From: Lingula anatina
Taxonomy: Eukaryota > Animalia > Brachiopoda
Length of the DNA: 64,000 nucleotides
NCBI GenBank assembly: GCA_051362555.1
Contig: CM120640.1
Coordinates: forward strand, 17,298,001 to 17,362,000
Direction of reading: 5' to 3'
Part shown: positions 48,701 to 60,700 of the stretch, one piece after another
How the letters are laid out: every line of letters starts with the position of its first letter
Position numbering within the stretch: the first letter of the stretch is position 1
The notes under the pieces: generated by a model
Seen by the model: the letters and a program-made list of their open reading frames with translations, nothing else
Database searches by the model: none
Told to the model about the DNA's origin: nothing
Position numbers and translations under genes: made by a program

Positions 48701-51046
48701 TTCTGCTGAATAATTAAACAAACAAACAAATATTATGAAATCAGATTCAGTGAGTACTGCACAGAACAGAAATAAGTTAAATGCAAAATATAACTTTATA
48801 CACCAATAATACCTCATCAAATTCCAGCAGAAGACTCAAGGCTGCATCTGCTGCTTGTCTTTTAGCATCTTTCTTGCTTGGTCCTGTTGCTGTGGCAAAT
48901 GGCTCATCATCTACTGTTACTGTGGCTACAAAGCTATGTTTAAAAAGAACTAGCAATGAAATACAGTGTGGTACCATGCTATTGTCAAGACCAACATGGG
49001 AAAGAGACAAAACATGAAAGTGAGTAAGTAAACAAATTTTACCATTGCTAAATGAGATTACTTATCAAAATTAGTTATCTAATTCATAGCATAAAAATAA
49101 TTCTTCTGCAATATATGACATTTTCATAATGCTATGTTACTTTCAATTTCTAGGTATATCTATGAATACAAAATCCCACCTAACAAAACAGTAACCATAA
49201 TTTGCAACACAATTTACCCTTTAGGACCAGGTGTATCACTGATTTCAATAAGAAAAGGTATTCTTTTTTTGACACAGTATTCCTGTAGCTCACCAACAGG
49301 ATTTCTACCATATGCAACAGGTTGTGAGCCTGAGGACAGAAAGTAAAATAATAATAGACTACCATTTAAAGTACACTAGTCGACTGCATACATATTTTGT
49401 GTTCAAGCGTTGTCAGTATTTTGAGTTAAAAAATTATTATGATAACATATGTCAAGTGAATGGTGAATCAAAGTATTCTCTCAATATTAAAAAACATAAA
49501 TGTGTTAATTTAATATTGGGATTATGACAGGCATCTGTTCATACCTGCATCGTAAGGGGCATTTTCACTGTCAATTGTTTCTTCAACTGGAAATTCTTCT
49601 TTCGGCAGCATGAGTTTTCTGCCCATGACATCATACATCACACGTCCCGTTTCTGTGAATAATACATCAGATATTAATGGTTGTATATCCCAGTGTGTTC
49701 TACAGAAAAATAAAGCAGTTAAAAATATGGTAATGGAAAATCTAGACTCTGATCAAAACCTATATTATTCAAGCTTTAGTAAATTACTTATGTCATTGGA
49801 ATATTTTTTTTTTCTGTAGTACGAAAGTAGACATTAAATCAGCCTCCCTGTCACATCACAAATTTTGGAACGGTTATGCCATAATGATCTCAACCTAGAC
49901 AACATTACTTCTGTCATATTCTTTATATACCAACCACTTTCATCCTCGATGTCATCCTCTTCCATGCCAAGCATGGCTGTAAAAGCAATCTTTGCAGCAT
50001 TAACCTTGGCCTCTTTTTTAGTTTTTCCGACACCCTGTGGAAAAGGGCGGCCATCAATCTTACAAACATTGGCAAACTTGGCCACAATGGAAGGTGTTTC
50101 TACTGCAGCCTCTTCAAACACTGCAGTCATTCTAGTCATGGAGCAGTACTCCATCAGTGCACTAACTGGATTCTTTGTGCCATTTGTGAAAGCTTGGATA
50201 AGTTCTGGTGGAACCTTTTTGGGAGATTTTCTGGGAGATTTTTTGGGAAAGCACTGTCTAGGTTCTGTTGCTGCTGTTGTACATTCTGCACTACCTGGGG
50301 TGTTGCTGAGGTTGAAAAAAAATGAAGAAAAAAATATATGTTTTACAGCTTAAATTTGGAGTACAAATGCTCTTTTTAACATACATGGTAACATACATTT
50401 AAGAGTTAGTCACATCCATTACATGATATATAAAGAGGCAATAAGATTAATTAATAAATCTATATATTTTGACAGACACTCAACATATTTTGTCAATCAG
50501 ATTTGAAATTGAATTTGCTAAAAAAAGTTTAAAAAAAATCAAGAAGATCACTAGCACGAATTTTGGTAATTTACAAGGCATTTGAGAATTCCTTCAAAAA
50601 TGATTACTACGGAAAGCTTCATCCCTAAGGCTTAACAGATTAATTCACAAGTTGACATCAAATTAAAAAATTCACAAAGGCTGTGTCAAACTCAGTAGGA
50701 GTGGAGGCCAAGAGAGACAGACACTGCATCAGTAAATATTAATGCTGTATCATGTACCTAGTATGGCGCCCCGATTATCCCCAGATGGTAAAGAAAGACC
50801 AGGTATATATTTTTGTTGTTGCACTTGGGTCGTCTGGGGCTTCTTAACTGGTTGTTGTGCTCTCTGCGTTGCGTAAAACATGGAGTGTGCGTTGCTTGTG
50901 GAACTGCATTCATCAGCAAGTTTCCCTGGTTGAGAATCAAACATTTGAAGACATTTCGGCAATGTTTGTGGTGGACGCAAAGACCCTCTTCCTATTCCTC
51001 TTCCTGCACTCGTAGATATTTGAGTCATATATTGTGATCCAGACAT
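45793..51046 (-). CDS. ADAD1-like / ADAR-family dsRNA adenosine deaminase with two dsRBDs
   Basis: Exons at about 51046-50758, 50305-49936, 49631-49545, 49328-49218, 48933-48813, 48465-48323, 48022-47890, 47659-47495, 47233-47119, 46946-46758, 46581-46351 and 46039-45793. dsRBD1: [19 protein letters not shown]. dsRBD2: [17 protein letters not shown]. Deaminase: [55 protein letters not shown]-terminal [11 protein letters not shown]. Confidence 0.9.
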
Positions 51047-51199
51047 GACTTTAGCCAATCAAACCAACCCACAATGCCACACACGTCTGTCTTATCTGTC
51101 CTTTATCTGTGAAGGTCCGTCTTTGAAAGTGACATTACCTGGAAAGGAAATTACTATTCAACGATGTTAACGTTAAAGCTACTTACTTGACACTATTTT

Positions 51200-51700
51200 A
51201 TTACATAAATTCACGCCAGGCAGAATCGCCTTATATCATTTTATGGTATACTGATAATAAATTACATTTCCTTTTCTCAAAACGAAGATAAAATGTCTTT
51301 AAAAAGATTGCGTTTTTGGTACTGTCTTGACGAGCCAACAAGTGCTGACATCTGTTGATCATTACATTGTGGCAGCTCTGTACATGGCGCGGTGTATTGG
51401 GAGTGTTGTAACGTTATTTACATTTAACGCTACAGCTTTTCTGGGAAAACACATTAATGCCACAGACAAGAATGCAATTACCCTTGTAACAAGGATATAA
51501 ATGAAGCAAAAATATGTAAGTATTATTTGTTTTCAAACCGGCGCGCTTGTTTCGTAAGGTAAATTACGCGTGGGCAGTCTTGAAATTGACAACCCACAGC
51601 GTATTGCCTGTGAGTGTGAGTGGTTTTTGGCTAAAGCAGGTTCAGTAAAAATCCAGAGTCACAATGAGTCATGTCCTTTGTCCGCGTTCATCTTACCCAT
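51200..51700. promoter_or_regulatory. Putative bidirectional promoter between the ADAD-like gene and MICAL
   Basis: Locally CpG-rich region with a YY1-like ACATGGCG (~51382), AP-1 TGAGTCA (~51666) and a candidate + strand donor cgtaag|gtaaat (~51559). The two genes diverge from here. Confidence 0.4.
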
Positions 51701-54700
51701 GGGTTATTCAATCATATTATAGTGGTCAGCACCTAATTTTTATGAAGGCAAACAATTATTAAGATAATATTAAAAATATAATCAAGGGGACTGCTAATTG
51801 AGATGTATAAAAAATGAACTGTTAAAAAAAATTTCTTATTGAAACATTTACTTCAGTGTTATCATTGTTATGATGTCATGATTTCCCAGTTTGAACAATA
51901 TATGGCCAGGATGCTTGGATGACATGCATGCATAATTTTGCAGCTCAGAATTCATGCAGTGACTGCCATGTACATGTATACTAATAAATGAGTGTGACTC
52001 ATATAGTGACCAGTATTTGATACACTTCACAGTATGTGTATATTTTTTGTGTGTGCATCCAATGAAGGAAATCATGTGAGTAATAATTTAAGTACAGTGT
52101 ACTTCAAAGCATCTGTCTTGAAACTCAAATCAAATTGTGGTGGGTTGATAAATTTTCTGGATAGATTTTCAAAACTGGATCATTCAAAAGATAAAAGATA
52201 GTAGACAGATAAATTGGAAAAAAAGTGGAAACTGAAACCTCAATTTTTTTAGAAATGCTTAATTACTAAAAGTGTAGAATATGTGTGTTTTAGGCCTTGA
52301 TTGATTTCTTAAACTTATGCATCACATTTTGTTTGCTGCTGTTGACAACTTTCATGACACATTCATGTGTCCTGGCATGACACATGATAAAAAGACCATT
52401 AATGTCAGGATTTTTTATCTTTAGGGTACACTCCATACAACTGGTATAGAATCTGCAATTTTAGAAAACATGCTTCAGGTAATCCTAATCCTGAATTCAT
52501 GAACAGGAATTATAAACCAGTCAACCACAGTCACTTTTCTACAATAAATTGTTTCAATTAAACTAAAATTAAGGCCAAATGGATAAAGAATGAAATTTAA
52601 GTAGCAGTTATCCTTTGCTCTCTCCCCTTTTTGTAGGTCAAGTATTGATAGCATATAAATATGATATATATTTGCTTAGCAGTTTATCTGAAAATGTTTT
52701 TAACCGTTAAACAATATGGTTGAACCAAATATTTGAAAAATTAACTGTGGACATATTAGATTGAAGTGCGTTTCTGTGTCCCATGCTGAAAGAAAATGAA
52801 TGCAATATTAGTTTATAATCACATATGAATTTATAAAGATTGATTTTAGATCATATGCAAGTTATTATTATTCTGTACAATGCACAACGTTGGTCAACTT
52901 AACTAAGATACCATTTACAAAACTAGACCTGTCCAATTATACATTCATGTATTGCAGGTTTTTAAGGTTATTTGTTTTATTAATACATTGCCCAGACTGG
53001 TACTTGATCTTTAGTAAATTACTATAATATTTCGTAGAGCTCCCTATGTATTTTCTTGATATCAGTTTGATAAATTGGCTTCACGAATAAATTCTGCCGT
53101 GCCTACACGTTACTGATGTATGGTTAATTGACGTACTAGTAAAGTGTGTTAGACATACTTTTTAATGGGACTGGTCTGGGTAACCATATATTTTGCTCTT
53201 GGGGGGAAATTGATTATTTAACTTACTATACCCAATCTGTTATCTCATTTCTGGTATATTAAAACTTACCACAATCATTTACAAGCCAATTTCTTGCTTA
53301 GTGTATATAGTGAAGGTATGTATCACATAACCAAGGGTCAAGTCATTAAGATATTGATTTAACACTAATCTATAGTTATTGATCCACTTGAAGTCTGAAC
53401 TCGGCTGCATTATGTTCATGGTGAAGATCAGCTAAGGATCATTAGGGACTGAAAAATGTTGATACACATTTTACAGAATAAGGCCTTGACTACTGATATA
53501 TGATATTTATGCTACATTTCTGAACTATCTCTCCTTATTGATTGCAGTGCTATGATATATTGACTGAGATGACTTTATTTCAAGTTTGAAAATGTTGATA
53601 TAAATTACGATATTTCACACATAACCATGAAGTTAACAAAACATATCTTTACTCCTCTTGTCTCACTTCCATCATTTAACCAGATGTGGGGATGATTGAT
53701 CTTTGAAGTAGAAAATATCCCTCAGAGAAATGTGACTGTAACTATTTAGACTTCATTCTATTAAATAATTTTTTTTTCATTTTGCTTTTTATAACTGCCA
53801 AAAATGGTTGAGGGATGACATGTCATGGTTTATTAATCTCATGGTTTATTAATCTCTAAGTAAGTATTGCTCTCTAAGTAAAATGCTGGCCATTAATACG
53901 TATCTGTTTAAATCAATGAATGAATACTTAGAATGTTACATAGCCTTTTGCTTTGAAGCCACTGATATATTCAATTATCAGACTCAAGATGAATACTGTA
54001 TATATATTTGATGGCTTATGTCTTAAATATTTTTAGGTACTGTTTTCACCAGCAAGAAGATAAAATGATTTGTTTATTTACTTCATGCCTGGTCATAATC
54101 ATATTAGAACACACATTTAAGGTGAAGGTTTTACTGTGTGCTCTGGCGGTGAGTCGCCATGTTTTACCTTTCAAAATATATTCCCTAATAAGGAAGCATG
54201 TAACTGATATGTGGAAATTTGTGGCTGTGATGCAGTGAAAACTGAGACAGGTGAGAGTTTCCAAAAACTGAAACAACATATAAACATAATAAGAACAATA
54301 TGAGAAAAGTTTTAAAAAATGTGTATGTTATGCTAATTGAGTGCATGGGGGTTATTTTACACTGTCATGTCTTCATACACATGACATTTGACATTCTGGT
54401 GCCATGAGATCCAGAATGACAGCGGTTGTGTAAGCAGACATTTATTTACAGATGTTGATACAGGGTCTAAAGTCAGATCTCAAAGAGAAGATAGCATAGT
54501 GATCTTATTATGACAGTGATTCATATTCTGTAAGCTGCAACTGGCTGTAATGCATGAATACGTGTATATGATATGGGCTTTTAAAGTCGAGTCTCAAAGT
54601 AAAGAAATTTAGAGAATGTTGAGATAAGTGCTACATGTTACATGTGGTATTGGGCACACATAACAACTCTGTGCAAGTTATAGAACAATGCCCCCAGGTG

Positions 54701-57700
54701 TAAGAAATTATGGCTGATATATATAAACTGTTCTAAAGAAAACATTGACCTCAGAGGTGCACAGGTGTGTTGCACATATTTAACAGGTGAAAAAGCTGCC
54801 AGTTTTTAACTTGGGACATATTTTTATTGTCCGTTGAATGAAAACCGGTTCGTTGCCTGTATGCGTTGTGTATGTGATAGCCTCAGCAATAGAAGAGAGT
54901 TTGTGTTGTTGGTTATCTGACAAAGTGAGCCATTGCATTGTTATGTCCATATATACAAAATGGAAATCAGCCTTCAGCTAGACTCCTGCTAACTTCATGT
55001 AGCATACATTAACCTGTGTTTAAGCATAAAATAAAACATGTCTACTTAGCAATGACCAAAGCCAAATGTGACCACCACATGCATATTGTGGACACTGCAT
55101 GAGGTAGTGCAATTAATGCATCTCCATGTCTGTTGACTCTGACTTTGGAGGGCACAGGTTTTAATATGAAACCTTGAGCTTATATATGTTTGAACATACA
55201 GTTCGGCCAATAGGTGCATTAGTACTTGAATCAATAAAGGGTAAACGGTTGCACTATTGATTGAATTAAATTGTATATCATTCTAAATATAATGTTGCTT
55301 TGGTCAAGGGCCTTTAGTTCAAGATGGACAAGAATTTGTTCTGAAGGAAAAAAAATCAGCTGTGCAGCAGAGCTGTCAGTCAAAAGTGGTGCTTTCTCCA
55401 ACGTCTGCCAACTGCAACAATTAAAAGAAATTAATATAAATATTTTCAAACAGTATCTCTTTCAGATGATAAGATAAACTTGCAGAATGTAAAAAAAAAA
55501 AAAAGATAAACTTGTCTGCCCGGAGGCTGGTCCATGTGGCTGCATCAGATGTGTTTTATTAACGCATAGATAACCAGGCACAGAATTAACTGCTGATAAA
55601 TGTCCCACAGGTATATTGCATGCATATAAAACCCCTGTATAAAGTACTGGAGGCAATTCTGCCTCTTTTACTATGGAAGACAGCCCTATAGCATGTGTTT
55701 GAACCACCTGGCATACTTTTGTGGAAGTTATAAATGGCCAGTCTATATCAGATAGCATAGTTTTATGAAATATAACGAAAAAATAATTCATACTATGCAC
55801 ATTAAAAGTCATGCTTTTTTAACATATATCTTGTGCAGAATTTACTGGTATTACCTAAAAGGGCTACCATATTGGGAGGTGGCTATAATAAGATAAGATG
55901 TTGATAGCCAGATAAGTGCATTATTGCTGTTTGGACAATAAGCTATAGATTCTGTGTTAGCGGGTCACTGTTATCTACATGGTCCTGATGTTTGTCAACA
56001 CTGGCACAGGACATACAGAAGCTTTGCAGTTAAGTGCTCTTACTGTAGCTTTGCATGCTAATATAGAAATGCTGTAAGTGGTGGGTTATTAATACCCACA
56101 GTTTTAAGTGACACTTAATATTCAATGCATTATGCCATTTCCTCATTCATACCTAAACATCTTATGTGAGCTTTTCGCTATGTGATTTATTCAGTTTTAG
56201 GGGTGTTTTTGGTGGAATGCTAGTACTTTCTCTTGATATTCATGTCAAACAATATGCTGCCACTGCCTCAGGATATGTGCCTGGAACACCTCTACTAATG
56301 CTCGAGATGTTCTTTAATGCTTGGTTGACAGTGTCTTATCACACACATACTGGATGGCATAGTGATATGTGACAAGTTCTAATCCCATAAAATGATAATA
56401 TGCAGTCATTGGATTTATGTGTGCTATTTTAGTGGGGATTATTTATAGTCCGTTACCTCGGGTTGCAGTGATGGTATGAATCAAACAGCATCTTTTGTTG
56501 ATGTAACTGCATTTAGTGACTATAATAGTTAAATACTTTTTGATCTAGTGTTAACACAAGAACTTGCATCCAGTAGTAGTAGTAGTAGTGGTCTGACATA
56601 ACAAAAGTTGCTTGATCATTTAACTTGGGGAGACGAAACAATTCCGCCAACTTATGATGGTCATATTGTATTACAGTTATATATATCTTGAGGTATATCT
56701 GTGACAGTTTGATGGTTACAAATGTTTGCCTCTCATGCTTTGTAAAATTAGTGTTATACACTATCTATGTAAGTCAATATCTCCATAGGGGCAATCCCCT
56801 GCATGTCTCATTGTTGATTCAATATTAGGGGTTACATATTTGTAGACAAGGTGAACAAAGATCAATATACATGGTTCTGGTATTTGAGTGTGTGTGTGTA
56901 TGTGTGTGTGTGTGTGTTAAAACTGACCTTTATATTTTATTCTTCATATTCTTACTCGTATAAGACTGTTATTCAGTAATCTTCTTCAAAAAGCATGCTA
57001 TGTTTTAAAAACATTCTTATATTTCTTATTGTTTTATATTTTTTTGTATATTTCATTGCACAGAACACTGTTGCAGTTGGGTAATAAATAGCATTAAGCA
57101 AAGTTTATGTTGTTGATTTTTTTGACAATAATTAGATTAACTAGTGTTTGGATTTAAGTGTATTTTACTTCATGTTATAATCAGAATTGAATAGTCAGTT
57201 TCAACATCACCTGGGAAATAAAACTAAGGGAAAGCATAAAGGAAACAGTTTGTCAAAATTATTGTTTTATCATTATATTGTCATTCTTTTGTTCATACAG
57301 TCTTTCCCATCTCACAAGGGTTTCATTTTCTACTTCACAGTTTCTTATATATATACACACAGGTTTATATGGTGAAGAATGCTTGTTATGAAAACTGTAA
57401 GCTAGCTATGGTTAGGTTTCCTTTTTCTTTTATGTAACTTTCTTAATTTAGGTATAAACATTTTTTATTTTTGACTGTTTTGAATATTTAGTACTTTCAT
57501 GTTTTAAATAGTGCTCAGTAATGTTGGGAATATCTTCTGAAAGTATCTTGTTAAATTTTTTGCTCTGTAATTTCAGATGATGTTACCACATTCATAGTAG
57601 CAGTGATGAAACAGTTTCATCACTATGAGGGACACAGATTGGAATTTCCATTGTGCAGATAAGGAACAATTGCGTTAGCTGTGGCAAATTGTGTTAGTTG

Positions 57701-57720
57701 TGACATTGCGTTAACCAGCC

Positions 57721-60700
57721 ATGAATCACCACAGCTACCATCCCCACAACCAGGATGAAACAGCTGACCAAGTGTCAAAACTGTTTGACCAGTTTGTCAA
57801 CGCAAACACCTGTAATGCCATTATGAACACATTTCAACAGCTGTGTGAGCTGTGTGATCTCAAGCCATCAGAACACAAGGATTTCTACACGAGGTTGAAG
57901 GCCAAGGTGAAGTCATGGAAAGCACAGTCACTCTGGGCCAAACTGGACAAGAGAGCCAGCCATAAAGATTACAAGAATGGTCAAGCATGTGCTAACACTA
58001 GGGTAAGTTTATAAAGGAGCTCAAATTTTAATCATATAAGTGAACATATGTTGGATGCTTCACATGTGTTTGTTTACATATATGTATTTAAAGAGGTGCA
58101 AGATATGTGTGTGTGTGTGCGCGTGCGTGCGTGTGTGTGTGAATTTATAAAGGCCCCTGATTACATTAACTCTTTTCTCCTTAATCTCAAAATCGTACCA
58201 GTTTCTAAGAAACTCTTTTCCTGTGTGATATGGCACTTAGAAGTTCTAACTGATACCCTGTCCAATTAATGAAGAGCACTGGCAAGAGTGGCCATTTGAA
58301 ACCAGGAAATTTGACAATGCAGCTTTCCTAGGAGAACATGATAATGTATTTTAGCTGTTTGTCTCTATTTAAGTTGACAGTCCCTATACTGTGTATTCTA
58401 GAAGTGCTCTTAAACAGTATACTGTAGTGACAATAATTGAGATACATTTTTATTCTTAACATGTGTACATAAGTACATAAAAGTTTTTCCACTGCTTCAG
58501 CACAGTCTTTAACACTAAAAGGAAGGAATTCAGATAAAATTTAAAACTAAAAAATGTGGATGCATTTGTATTGCAAAGATCCATGGCATTAAGTTTGTTA
58601 TATTAAGGGCTACAAAATGCAAAGTTTATGAGTATAGTTACAGGTTTGTTGCACCTGAGGTCTGTGAGAATTGTGATTTAGAATGAGCTAACATCTAGCC
58701 AGCAGGTAATACACGTCACTCATCTTGTAGGTGATTACACAGTTGACTGTTAAAAATGATTGCATCTGTCAGGCACACTTTGTCATTCTTCTTAATTAAA
58801 TGTAGTTGAACCAGAGTCCTGTGGACTTAATTCCCTCTACATAGACTGTGCTTAGATTGATCATTATTAGTTGAGTCAGGTCAATCCCCTTTTTTTAGTT
58901 TTAGGCTAAGGAAATGACTCATTTTCACCCTAAAAATGTTATCAATTTCTCCCATGGTTTTGAGATGCCGTCTTGGCCGCTTATACTGCACTACATGCAG
59001 TTGAACTTGATATTCATTCCCTCACTCCTCAGGACAAATGATTTTTGTAAAGTCTCTCTTTTTCTCAGCCAGTTAAAATTATGTAAAACTTTTCTAGTCA
59101 TTATGATAATTTAGAGATTGTACTGTAAATCAAAGCTTGATGATGATGGTAAAAAAGCTTTATACATGAATGCGAATCATAATTAGTTTTTGAGTTTGTT
59201 GCAATAAGCGCACACTCAATCATAATCATTTAGTTTTCTAGGAGAGATCCATATTGATAATGACCTACGGTATACAATATTAGACATAGGTTGGAACCAT
59301 GTACACATTTTATCCTCAGTGTTGTGCTAATGAATACATGCAGTGTTTGTGAGGTATGATTCACCTGCCTGTGAGCTAGGAACTGTTTTCAGTACACTCA
59401 GCTGCACACACAGCAGACAGACAGACAAGGGGCTAGACTTTCTTTGGTGGCGAAAATATCAACTGCTTGCCAACTGAGCTCTATATGTCATCTTTGTGAT
59501 GTACACAGTGACATTTTTAACTGTTATCAAAAAGTTAGTATGCAGACAGATTGAAGTTGAAAAACACCCTTGTTTAAATACACAACAGGAATGTTTAAAT
59601 GTCATTGCTGCTTGGGTGCTTGGAATGAAAAATGATAAAACAAAACATCTTTGGAAATTAACTAAGAATGAATGAAAAAAAATGGCGTTTTTGTAACTCC
59701 CAGAAACTTATAAGCAAGGGTTATGTATGAGTCTGATGAAAAAGAATTGTTGCTAGATCACAAGTTATAAACATTTTTTTCTGTACATTCTTTTTGAATC
59801 AACAAACAACTCCTGACACATATTCAATACAAGAGAATTTGTAGAATGCCATCTATGTGAATGAGAAAGCACAAACTTGCTGTTCCTATGGCATGGAGTT
59901 ATTCTTGCACTTATTCACCAGAGCATTAAGCAATTTAATCACTCTAGATCCAGATCTTTTTGAACATTTACTGCTTACAAGTAACAGGAAGATGTGTTAC
60001 CTTAAAAATCAATAATCCCCCTGACGGTTGCAACGGAAGGGAAATGAGGATGTATTTCCAATGCTATGAACTAAGACATCTTCATCATGTACTTAGTGAG
60101 TGAATGCAGGGAAAGTGGATTGCAATGTCAATATTATGATGGAATAGGTTGTTCAATGCAGTACTAGTATGGGTATTTTTTGTTACAGATCTTTGTGAAA
60201 ATATTTATGGTTTGAGAGAACAAACTAGAGTCTTAAAAAATAAGGGGAATGAGTGGATATCTTTCAGTATGATTCTTTCATCAATAAATTGTGTGGACAA
60301 TGCACTAGAATATATTTTATTTGATACGCTCCGTCCTTTTGCAATAATATTATAATAAGTAAATTAGTTGTGTTAAAATGCTTTGCATGCCATATTGCTC
60401 TCCCTGCAATGTCTGTTAAAGAAGCGAACATGATACAGTCATTCAGAAAATTTTCACAGCATTTCTTGTTCCTCTCCAATACACAGAAGTTGCTGTTCAG
60501 TCGAGTTATGTATTTTTCCAGGTTTTGATCATTGGCGGCGGGCCCTGTGGCCTGCGCGTTGGAATTGAAGCAGCCTTGCTAGGAGCGACAACTGTGATAG
60601 TAGAGAAGAGAGACAGGTTCTCTAGGAACAATGTGCTCCATCTTTGGCCATTTGTTATCCATGATCTCAGAGCCCTGGGAGCCAAGAAATTCTTTGGAAA

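Noticed and set aside
51700-57570. Short ORFs in the 6-kb region before MICAL
   Set aside because: Low-complexity AT-rich translations with no motifs or consistent splice structure; probably intronic.
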